Part shown: positions 1 through 9,237 of the stretch, piece after piece | Layout: each line of letters starts with the position of its first letter | How positions within the stretch are numbered: the stretch's first letter is position 1 | Program-made: the position numbers and the translations under genes | From: an uncultured delta proteobacterium | GTDB lineage: Bacteria > Myxococcota > Myxococcia > SLRQ01 | Assembly (NCBI GenBank): GCA_963727485.1 | Contig: CAVSGM010000009.1 | Coordinates: 96,001 to 160,000, forward strand | Direction: 5' to 3' | DNA length: 64,000 nt | The notes under the pieces: model-generated | Told to the model about the DNA's origin: nothing | The model's input: only the letters and a program-made list of their open reading frames with translations | The model's database searches: none

Positions 1-779
1 TCGTACCAGGCGTTGAGGTCGGGGTCGCTGGTGGCCTCCTCGAACTCGTGGGCGATGATCGAGGCCATGCCGTCGGCGCCGGCGTTGCCGTTGGGGCCGG
101 TGGTCTGGGCGGCGCAGGACGAGGGGCACTGGTCGGGGTTGCCGATGAAGGCGTACTTGATGTCCGAGCCCGAGATGGTGCCGTGGGTGTGCCAGCCGCA
201 GTACTTGCTGCAGAAGCCGCTGGTCTCGGTCACGTCGGCCGAGGTCAGGACCATGTAGAGGCCGCTGGTGTCCATGGGCAGGGCGCCGCTGGAGATGGCG
301 CTGGAGACGATGGTCTGGATGTTGGCATCCGACAGCGCGGTGCCCTGGGAGTAGCTGTCCGTGGTGGACCCGGCCAGGGTGGCGGCGTTCGAGATGTGGT
401 CGCTCGAGCCGTCGTAGTAGGTGGTGTTGATGTTGTAGTACGGCGACCCGCCGATGTTGTTGGCGAGGTTGTCGAGGATGGTCGGGGCGCTGTTGCCGGA
501 CCAGTTGCCGTACCAGATGTAGTAGATGTGGGTGGTCCCGAGCATCACCGGGCCGCCGTGGTAGTCGATGCCGTTGCTGGCGGTGTGGTGGCCACCGCCA
601 CCGCCGCCGCCGCCGTGGGCGCCGCCCTTCTGCCAACCGCGGACGTGGTCCTTGCCGTTGGGGGCGAGCTCGCTGTGGATGGCCTGACCATTGGTGCCGA
701 GCTGGGCGGGCATCTCGGCGGTCCCGCCGCAGGCTGCGACGAGGGCGCCGGCGGCGACGATGAGGAGGGTATTGCGCAT
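1..779 (-). CDS. Lipoprotein with a PHI-1/EXORDIUM-like (phosphate-induced protein 1) domain; 3' end runs off the window
   Basis: Absent from the ORF track because there is no stop in the window. Manual translation from ATG 779 (GGAG RBS upstream): MRNTLLIVAAGALVAAC (lipobox)...IDYHGGPVM...YYIWYGNW...GFCSKYCGWH...YAFIGNPDQCPSSCA...PNGNAGADGMASIIAHEFEEATSDPDLNAWY. These motifs match the PHI-1/EXO family. Confidence 0.8.
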   Translation of the reverse strand, partial: MRNTLLIVAAGALVAACGGTAEMPAQLGTNGQAIHSELAPNGKDHVRGWQKGGAHGGGGGGGGHHTASNGIDYHGGPVMLGTTHIYYIWYGNWSGNSAPTILDNLANNIGGSPYYNINTTYYDGSSDHISNAATLAGSTTDSYSQGTALSDANIQTIVSSAISSGALPMDTSGLYMVLTSADVTETSGFCSKYCGWHTHGTISGSDIKYAFIGNPDQCPSSCAAQTTGPNGNAGADGMASIIAHEFEEATSDPDLNAWY

Positions 780-996
780 AGGTTGCTCCCGGTGAGTGGG
801 TAGATAGGTCGACACGTGGCTTGTAGCCAAGCTTCGGGTCACTCGGCAACGCAAGACGGCCCCGAAGCCCCGGAATTACATCCCTGTAAGGTGACCTGAT
901 TCAGGACAGGGTGAGCGGACATGCACACGCCACACCCCAACCCCCGGCAGCTTTTTGGGGGTGGTCCCTCCCCGGGGGATGCCTAGCATGGGTTCC

Positions 997-1350
997 ATGA
1001 ACCGACGCCAATTCCTCTTGCGGGCCGGGGGTCTGCTGGTGACCCTGCCCGCCGCCAGCGCCCTCGCCCAGGGCTCCGGCCGGGGCCAGAGCGCGCCCCG
1101 GCTCCTCGTCTTCACCTCCACCGTCACCGGGGACCACGACCACACCGTGAGCCTCGGCCGCTGGACCCTGGCGCACCCGCCTGCGATGGGGGTCTCCGGG
1201 AAGACCTCCGAGAACAGCCACCATCAGCACGAGGTCTTCCTCAGCGCCGACGACCTGGCCGGGCTCAGGGCCGGGAAGACGGTGATCCGCCAGACCACCA
1301 CGGTGGTCGGCCACCACCACGAGTTCCTGTTCCGCCTCCCGGCGGCCTAG
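997..1350 (+). CDS. Small Tat-exported His-rich protein, putative metal binder
   Basis: MNRRQFLL twin-arginine signal with an ALA-Q cleavage site; three His clusters (DHDH, SHHQH, GHHH). Confidence 0.65.
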   Translation: MNRRQFLLRAGGLLVTLPAASALAQGSGRGQSAPRLLVFTSTVTGDHDHTVSLGRWTLAHPPAMGVSGKTSENSHHQHEVFLSADDLAGLRAGKTVIRQTTTVVGHHHEFLFRLPAA

Positions 1351-1351
1351 A

Positions 1352-3574
1352 CTAGAGCGACGCGATCCAGTCGGCGAGGGCCGCCGCCCCGGCGGGCGGG
1401 GGCACCCCGGCGCCGAGGGCGTCGAGGGCCCCGGCCGCGGGCCCGGGATCGGCCCCGGCCTCGGCCCAGGCGAGGATCCGGCCCACGTCCGGGCGCGCGT
1501 CCGCCGGCGGCGGCGTCGCCACCCGGAGGGCGTCGGCACCGGCGACCAGCACCACGGCCCGGCGATCCACCACCCGGGCCCGGGTGGGACGCAGGGGCCC
1601 CGGGTGGTCCACCAGGGCCCGGGCCACGTCGGCGGCGAGGCGCAGGGCCAGGGGCCTCGGTGGCCTCGCCCCGAGGACCTCGGCGAGGGGGCGACCCTCG
1701 ACGAAGGCCCAGACCACCAGGTCCCCGTCGGCCTCGAGGTCGAGGAGCGCCTGGAGGTTGGGGTTCCCCGCCCGGGCCAGGGCGCCGAGGCGGGCCCGGT
1801 AGGCCTCGGGATCGGCGTCGGGGATCCGCTCGAGGACCACGTGCCGGGGAATCAGCGTGTCCCGGGCCAGGGCCACCCGGTCGCCGAGGGGGCGCACCAC
1901 CGACCACCGCCCCGAGGGCGCCGAGCGCGGCGCCCCGGGGCCCACCGGCACCGCGCCCTCCCCCATCGCCGACGCCGAGGCGACCCCGGTCGGCGAGGGG
2001 CCCGTGGCCGCCGCCGACGGCCCCGCGGGCAGGGGCAGGGCCTCGAGGGCGGCGGCGAAGGCGTCGGCGTCGGGGAAGCGGCCGGCCGGGTCCACCGCCA
2101 GGGCCCGGGCGAAGAAGGCGTCGACCTCGGCGCCGAGGCCCGGGACCCGGGCCGACGGAGGCGCCGCCCCCCGGGCCTGGGCGGCGATCACGTCGGGCCC
2201 GGCGAAGGGCAGCTCGCCCACCGCCGCCCGGTAGAGGGTGGCGGCGAGGCCGAAGAGATCCGACGGCCCCCCGAGGGCGTCCCCGGCGAGCTGCTCCGGG
2301 GACATGTAGGCCATGGTCCCGAGGAGGGCCCCGGTGACCGTCTGCTGGAACGAGAGGAGGTGGGCGGCCCCGAAGTCGCAGAGGTGGGCCCGGTCGGCGC
2401 CGTCGAAGAGGATGTTCTCGGGCTTCACGTCCCGGTGGAGGATCCCCCGGCGGTGGGCGGCGCCGAGGGCCCCGGCGATGGCCACCCCCAGGGCCCGGAC
2501 CTCGGCGAAGGGCAGGCGCCGGCCCCCGCGCACCCGCTGTGCCAGGGTGCCGCCGGGGAGGAAGGCCATGGCCAGGTAGCCCCGGGCCGGGTCGGCGTCG
2601 ACGATGCGCACCAGGCTGGGGTGGGACAGGGCCCGGGCGATCCGCGCCTCCCGGAAGAACCGGTCCACCGCGTCGCCGGTGGCCGAGCCCCGGGCGAGGA
2701 GCTTGAGGGCCACCCGGTCCCCGGTGGCGAGCTCGGTGGCGAGGTAGACCTGTCCGGCCCCGCCGGCGCCGAGGAGCCGCTCGAGGCGGTAGCGCCCGGC
2801 CACCGTGCGCCCGGCCTCGGTCTCCTCGCCGGTCTCCTGGAGGTCCTGGGCCAGGCGCGCCAGGAAGGTGCGGTGGTCCGCCGGGGGATCCGGGAGGGTC
2901 GGCGCCAGCTCGGCCCACACCGCCTCGCACGCCGCCGGGTAGCCGAGGGCGGCGAAGGCCTGGAGACGGAGGACCTGGGCCGCCTGGCCCCGGGCCCCGC
3001 CCCGCCGGGCCACCGCCTGGGCGAGGCGGCCGGCGTCCTCGGGGCGGCCGAGGCGCAGCTCGACCCGGGCCAGGGCCAACGCCGCCGCGTCCACCTCCGC
3101 CACCGGGGCCACGCCCCGGATCCCCGCGAGGTGGGCCTCGAGGGCCTCGGCGGCCTCCCGGGGCCGGCCGAGGAAGGTGAGCAGCCTCGCCGCCGCGCGG
3201 CGGTCCCCGGCCCGGGCGTAGGCGGCGGCGGCGCCGGCCAGATCCCCGGCGAGCTCCAGGAGGCCCGCGGCGGCGGCGTCCCGGCCCGCGGCGACGCAGT
3301 CGGCGGCGAGCCGGCGCCGCACCGCCCGTCCGTCGGGGGCGCCGTCGAGGGCGCGGCGCCGGTCCTCGGCGGCCGCCTCGAAGTCCCGGGCCAGGAGGTG
3401 GGCCCGGTGGGCCCGGAGCAGGTCGCCGCCGTGGCGGGCGCAGGTGGCCTCCCGCCCGGGCAGGGACAGGCGGGCATAGAGATCGGCGGCCTCGCCGTGG
3501 CGCCCCTCGGCGCAGAGGGCCTCGGCGGCCGGGAGGAGCTCGCCCCGGGCGACGAGCGCGCTCACGTCCGCCAC
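1352..3574 (-). CDS. Cytoplasmic Ser/Thr protein kinase with an N-terminal TPR-like region and a C-terminal degenerate kinase-like domain
   Basis: GTG start at 3574 after GGAGG. Motifs GAGGAG, VALK, HRDVKPEN, DFG, YMSPE. No TM segment seen. Confidence 0.85.
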   Translation of the reverse strand: MADVSALVARGELLPAAEALCAEGRHGEAADLYARLSLPGREATCARHGGDLLRAHRAHLLARDFEAAAEDRRRALDGAPDGRAVRRRLAADCVAAGRDAAAAGLLELAGDLAGAAAAYARAGDRRAAARLLTFLGRPREAAEALEAHLAGIRGVAPVAEVDAAALALARVELRLGRPEDAGRLAQAVARRGGARGQAAQVLRLQAFAALGYPAACEAVWAELAPTLPDPPADHRTFLARLAQDLQETGEETEAGRTVAGRYRLERLLGAGGAGQVYLATELATGDRVALKLLARGSATGDAVDRFFREARIARALSHPSLVRIVDADPARGYLAMAFLPGGTLAQRVRGGRRLPFAEVRALGVAIAGALGAAHRRGILHRDVKPENILFDGADRAHLCDFGAAHLLSFQQTVTGALLGTMAYMSPEQLAGDALGGPSDLFGLAATLYRAAVGELPFAGPDVIAAQARGAAPPSARVPGLGAEVDAFFARALAVDPAGRFPDADAFAAALEALPLPAGPSAAATGPSPTGVASASAMGEGAVPVGPGAPRSAPSGRWSVVRPLGDRVALARDTLIPRHVVLERIPDADPEAYRARLGALARAGNPNLQALLDLEADGDLVVWAFVEGRPLAEVLGARPPRPLALRLAADVARALVDHPGPLRPTRARVVDRRAVVLVAGADALRVATPPPADARPDVGRILAWAEAGADPGPAAGALDALGAGVPPPAGAAALADWIASL

Positions 3575-5421
3575 GTCGGCCCTCCGAGGTTCCGGGCCAC
3601 CCGCCGGGCCTCCAGGCGCGTGGCCACCCGCTCGAGGAAGCGGTGCACCGGCCCCGGGGGCTCGGCGGCGAGGTGGCGCTCGAGGACCGGCAGGCCCGGC
3701 TCCGAGACGTTGGCCGAGATGGCGACCCCCAGGTCGTCGGCGAGGGCCGGGTCCACCCCCTCCCGGAGGGTGTGGAGGAGGAAGTCGAGGGCGTCGCGGC
3801 TGGGGCCGGCGCGGTCCATGCCCACCACCCGGCCCAGGGCGAGGAGGGCCTCCCGGCGCACCGCCAGGTCGGCGTGGTCGCGGTAGAGCCGGACCAGGGG
3901 CCCGAAGGCCCCGGGGAAGGCGAGGTAGCGCAGCGCCCCCACCGCCGCCTCCCGGACCTCCGGCGACGGGTCCTCCACCGCCCGGTCCACCAGCTCCAGG
4001 CTCCCCCGGAAGGGCAGGAAGCGCAGGGACCTGGCCACCGCCGCCCGGAGCGCCGGGTCCGGGTCGTCGAAGGCCCGGGCGAGGGGTGGCAGGGCCAGCG
4101 GCGTCCCGAGGCGGCCGAGCTCGGCGATGCGGTCCGCCCGGCCATCGGGCCCCTCGTCGCCCCCCGCCGCCCGCCCCAGGCAGATGACCAGGCACCGCCG
4201 CCGGACCACGTCCCAGTGGCGCGGATCGCCCACGGCGTCGGGGACCGGGCTCAAGGGGTCGGCGGCGGCGTCGGCGGCGGTGGCGTCGGTGCGCCAGGTG
4301 TCCGGGTAGGCGGTGTCGTCGGTGAAGTACCCATTGAACGCCCAGACCGCCGGGCGGGCCGGGCCGTCGGGGGCCCGCTCGGCGAGGCGGGCGTAGCGTT
4401 CACGCCGACCCTCGCCCAGGGGCAGGGCCGCCAGCCGGGCGTAGGTGGCCTTCACGGCCCCGGCGTCCCCCCGGCGGTTGTGGCAGTCGAGGGCGGCGAG
4501 GTGGGCGTTCTCGGCGAGCTCGGTGGCCCCGAGGGCCAGGTGCCCCTCGGCGGTGGCGGTGAAGGCGTCGGCGGCCCGGGCGAGGAAGGCGTCGGCGTAG
4601 AGCATCCCGCCCTGCCGGCACCAGCCGCTGGCCTCCCGGAGGACCTCGGCCGCCGCCTGGGTCTCGCCCATCTCCAGGGAGGCCTCGGCCAGGTCGTGGA
4701 AGTACTGGAGGGCGAGGAACCGGTGCCCCCGGTCCCGCATGTAGCGGATGCAGTTGAGGAAGCCCTCGGCGAGGTTCTCGTGGGAGCCGGTCTTGCGGCC
4801 CACGTGGATGAGGGCGTGGTAGCAGGAGAGCGCCCGCTGCCCCTCCCCGGCGCGCTCGGCCCGGTCGGCCTCCTCCTCGAGGAGGACGATGGCCCGGGAC
4901 AGGCGCCGGGCGTCCACCCGGCCACCGGCGTCGTCGGCGCCGGAGAGGGCCTCGTTGAGGAGGGCCAGGGCGGTGAGGTAGGCGTCGCCGGCGGCCTCGA
5001 AGCCCTCGGCGGCCCGGTGCCACGCCTGCCCCGCCCTCCCCGCCTCCCCGGCGGCCTCCCAGGCGGCGGCGGCCCGGGCGTAGGCGCCCACCGCCTCGAA
5101 GGCCTCGGCGGCCGAGCCGTGGCGCCCCGCCCGGGCCAGACACCGGGCGGCGTCGGCGCCGCGCCCGGCCTGCACCCAGGCGGCGTGGGCCCCCACGGGA
5201 TCGAGGAGGTACTCCCGCGCCACGGCGGCCATCGCCGGGTGGCCCGAGGCCTCGGCGGCGTCGGCGAGGGCCAGGAGCCACCCGTCGTAGACCGGGTCGG
5301 CGTGGTGGAGGTCCGCGAGGAGGCTGCGCCAGGCGGCGATGGCGGCGTCGAGGTCGCCGGCCTCGAGGGCGGTGGTGGCGGTGGCCTCCAGGCGTCGGGT
5401 GTCCTCGAGGCTCGGGATCAC
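3562..5421 (-). CDS. TPR/SNAP-like helical repeat protein with C-terminal HEAT repeats
   Basis: GTG start overlaps the vWA stop (GTGA). Repeated A..A..E.AG helices; HEAT-like motifs DDPDPALRAAVARSL, EDPSPEVREAAVGAL, DLAVRREALLALG. Confidence 0.75.
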   Translation of the reverse strand: MIPSLEDTRRLEATATTALEAGDLDAAIAAWRSLLADLHHADPVYDGWLLALADAAEASGHPAMAAVAREYLLDPVGAHAAWVQAGRGADAARCLARAGRHGSAAEAFEAVGAYARAAAAWEAAGEAGRAGQAWHRAAEGFEAAGDAYLTALALLNEALSGADDAGGRVDARRLSRAIVLLEEEADRAERAGEGQRALSCYHALIHVGRKTGSHENLAEGFLNCIRYMRDRGHRFLALQYFHDLAEASLEMGETQAAAEVLREASGWCRQGGMLYADAFLARAADAFTATAEGHLALGATELAENAHLAALDCHNRRGDAGAVKATYARLAALPLGEGRRERYARLAERAPDGPARPAVWAFNGYFTDDTAYPDTWRTDATAADAAADPLSPVPDAVGDPRHWDVVRRRCLVICLGRAAGGDEGPDGRADRIAELGRLGTPLALPPLARAFDDPDPALRAAVARSLRFLPFRGSLELVDRAVEDPSPEVREAAVGALRYLAFPGAFGPLVRLYRDHADLAVRREALLALGRVVGMDRAGPSRDALDFLLHTLREGVDPALADDLGVAISANVSEPGLPVLERHLAAEPPGPVHRFLERVATRLEARRVARNLGGPTWRT

Positions 5422-6902
5422 CGCCCCGCCTCCCGGGCCCTCGACGCCGGAAAGCGGACCCCGTCCCCGCCGGCCAGGGCGCCGACGATGCGCAGGGCCG
5501 CCTGCCGGCGCTGGTGCGCCTCGGCGAGCTCCTCCCGGGTCACCGCCCAGTGGTGGTGGAGCTCCGGGAGGTAGTCGAGGGCCAGGGGCCCGTCGACCAG
5601 GACGTAGATCCCCGAGAGGGTCGCCACCGACGCCAGCTCGGCCACCAGGGACACCGGCAGGTGGCACTGGCCGTGGGTGATGAAGGTGATGCTCGCCTGG
5701 CGCCCGGCGTCCCGGCGCAGGCGCCCGACCTCGTGGAGGAGCGCCTGGAACACCCGCGCGTAGCTGCGCCCGCGCTCCGGGCGGTGGGCCAGGAGGTAGG
5801 GGAGCCGGTGGTCGTGGCCGGTGATGCGCATGGCCTCGTGGAGGCGCGAGTCGAAGAACCGCAGCTGCACCTCCTCGCCGGTGGCGGTGAGCCGGCGGAT
5901 GAGGCCGAGCGCCAGGCCCCGGGCGAAGATGGCCCGGGCCCCGCGCATGGAGGCGCTGCCGTCCACCAGCACCAGGTGGACCCTCCGCTCGTGGTCGGGC
6001 TTGGCCTCCCGGCCGTAGTAGAGGAGCTGGCTCTCGGCGTACTTGTGGGCGAAGACCTCGTCGGGATAGGCGAGCTCGGTGGGCACCAGGTGGTCCGGGT
6101 TCCCCCGCCGGCTCACCCCGGCGACCCCGTCCACCGAGAGCTGCTGGATCCCGCGGCGCCGCCGGGTCTCGTCGAGCTGGGGCAGCAGCTCCAGGGAGAA
6201 GTGGATGACCTCGGCGGCCGCCGGGTCGTCGAGGAGGCGGTAGAGGTCCAGGGCCCCGAGGCCCCCGGCGAGGGACACGTCCCCGGCGAAGATCCCGGCG
6301 AGGCGCAGGGTGTCCACGTCGATGCGCTCGGCGCTGGTGACCACCTGGAAGTGCCGGTCCATGGCGGTGCGCAGGAAGCGGACCCAGGCCTCGGTCCCGG
6401 CCTCGGCGAAGCGGCCCGGGAGATCGTCGAGGTCGTAGGCCCGGGCGTCCACCGGGAGGTCCTGGCCCAGGTGCCCCCGGGCGGCCTGGGGGCCGAGGGC
6501 GTCGAGGACCGGCTCGAGGATCCGGGCCACCAGGGCGGCGACGGCCTCGGGGCCGAGGTCGAGGAACGGCGCCCGGTGGCAGAGCTCGGACCCGGCGAGC
6601 TCCTCGAGGAGCGCCTTCCAGCCCATCACCAGGGGCAGGAGCGGGTGTCCCGGCCCCACCCCGGCGGCCCGGAGGACCTCGGGGTCGGGGCCCAGGCGCG
6701 GGGGCCGCCCGTCGGCGAGGAGGCGGCCGAGGTCGTGGACGAAGACCAGGGGCACGTGGTGGCCGATGCGGTGGACCAGGTTGTGCCACAGGGCGGCCCG
6801 GGCCACCGCGTCGGCGCCGCCCCGCGCCGGGAGCACCGAGAGGACCAGGCCCACCGCGGCCCGCTCCGCCGGGATCGCCGGGGTCGCCGGGGTCGACGCC
6901 AC
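5418..6902 (-). CDS. vWA (MIDAS) domain protein, ViaA-like partner of the MoxR ATPase
   Basis: MIDAS motif LVLVDGSASM (DxSxS), RFFDS and FITHG. Upstream RRGNPDHLVPTELAY...YAESQLLYY segment is typical of ViaA-type proteins. Confidence 0.8.
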   Translation of the reverse strand: MASTPATPAIPAERAAVGLVLSVLPARGGADAVARAALWHNLVHRIGHHVPLVFVHDLGRLLADGRPPRLGPDPEVLRAAGVGPGHPLLPLVMGWKALLEELAGSELCHRAPFLDLGPEAVAALVARILEPVLDALGPQAARGHLGQDLPVDARAYDLDDLPGRFAEAGTEAWVRFLRTAMDRHFQVVTSAERIDVDTLRLAGIFAGDVSLAGGLGALDLYRLLDDPAAAEVIHFSLELLPQLDETRRRRGIQQLSVDGVAGVSRRGNPDHLVPTELAYPDEVFAHKYAESQLLYYGREAKPDHERRVHLVLVDGSASMRGARAIFARGLALGLIRRLTATGEEVQLRFFDSRLHEAMRITGHDHRLPYLLAHRPERGRSYARVFQALLHEVGRLRRDAGRQASITFITHGQCHLPVSLVAELASVATLSGIYVLVDGPLALDYLPELHHHWAVTREELAEAHQRRQAALRIVGALAGGDGVRFPASRAREAGR

Positions 6903-6905
6903 CGC

Positions 6906-8090
<1,185 letters not shown>

Positions 8091-8097
8091 CGGTTCC

Positions 8098-9237
8098 TCA
8101 CTCTAGCGCGGGCCGGCCTTCGGGGTAGCCCATGAGGTGGAGGCCCGCCCCGAGGGTCTCGGTGACGACCGACTCCTCGCTCGCCGTGTCCACGGCCCCC
8201 GCCGCGGCGAGCCACCCGTCGAGGCGCGCCGCCAGGGGGACCCCGAGCTCGTCGGCGGTGGGGAGGCCGAAGACGTCGCCGCCCCGGTGGAGCACCTTGT
8301 AGAGGGCCAGGTACCACCGCCCCTCGCCGTGGCCCGGCTCGGCGACGGTCTCGGGCTCGCCCCGGGTCAGGGCCGCGTGCTGGCCCAGGAGGTGGAGGTG
8401 GTAGAGGGCCTGGAGGAGCCGGACGACCTCGGCCCGGGGGGCGCCGGCGCGGACCCGGACCAGGAGCGCCCGGGTGAGGACGCCGCCGAGGTGGCTCGGG
8501 TCCGGGGCCTGGAGCCAGCGGTAGAGGATGCCCCGGGCGAGGTCCGGGTCGGCGAGCCACCGGGCGGTGGCGCCGAAGGTGAACCTTGGCGCCGGGCGGC
8601 CGGCGGTGAGCAGATCGGTGACGGGGCTGGCGAGGAGGAGCCGGGCCAGGAGGCCCCGCCGGTCGGGGACGCCGAAGGTCTGGACCAGGGGCACCCCGAA
8701 CCGGTGGACCGCCACCTGGCGCAGGCGCGGGAGGCGGGTCATGCGCTTCGGAGGGGTCCGGCCGGGGTAGTGCCGGCGCCCGAGCCAGTAGATGACCTCG
8801 GCGTCCATGCGCTCGGCGTCGAAGAGGGGGCCGATGAGGGTGTGGGCGGCCAGGGCGTCGTCGACGGTGTCCGGCAGGCGCAGGCGGGTGGCGAGCTCCA
8901 GGGTGTAGCCCAGCGCCGCCTCCAGGCCCCCGGGGCGGGCGTCGGCGCGACCGAGCGCCGGGTGACCGAGGGCCACCAGGTTGTGGAGGACCGCCACCCG
9001 GAGGACGTCGGTGGGGCCGAGGGGGAGCGGCGTCGCGAGGGGGACCAGCTCGCCGGCGAGGCGACCCCGGGCCTGGGCGAGGCCGTCGGGGGCCCGGTTG
9101 CGGAGGATGAGGCGCCCGAGGGCCTCGACCTCGTCGGCACCGAGGGGCAGGCCCACCCGCACCCGGCCCCCGGCGAGCCACGCCGGGAGGAAGCCGTCGA
9201 GGACCGCCTGGGCGGCGCCGGTGGCCTCCCGGATCAC
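8098..9237 (-). CDS. Hypothetical protein in the MoxR-vWA operon
   Basis: High-GC3 coding frame; GTGA overlap with the upstream gene; 7 nt gap to the MoxR start. Confidence 0.7.
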   Translation of the reverse strand: MIREATGAAQAVLDGFLPAWLAGGRVRVGLPLGADEVEALGRLILRNRAPDGLAQARGRLAGELVPLATPLPLGPTDVLRVAVLHNLVALGHPALGRADARPGGLEAALGYTLELATRLRLPDTVDDALAAHTLIGPLFDAERMDAEVIYWLGRRHYPGRTPPKRMTRLPRLRQVAVHRFGVPLVQTFGVPDRRGLLARLLLASPVTDLLTAGRPAPRFTFGATARWLADPDLARGILYRWLQAPDPSHLGGVLTRALLVRVRAGAPRAEVVRLLQALYHLHLLGQHAALTRGEPETVAEPGHGEGRWYLALYKVLHRGGDVFGLPTADELGVPLAARLDGWLAAAGAVDTASEESVVTETLGAGLHLMGYPEGRPALE

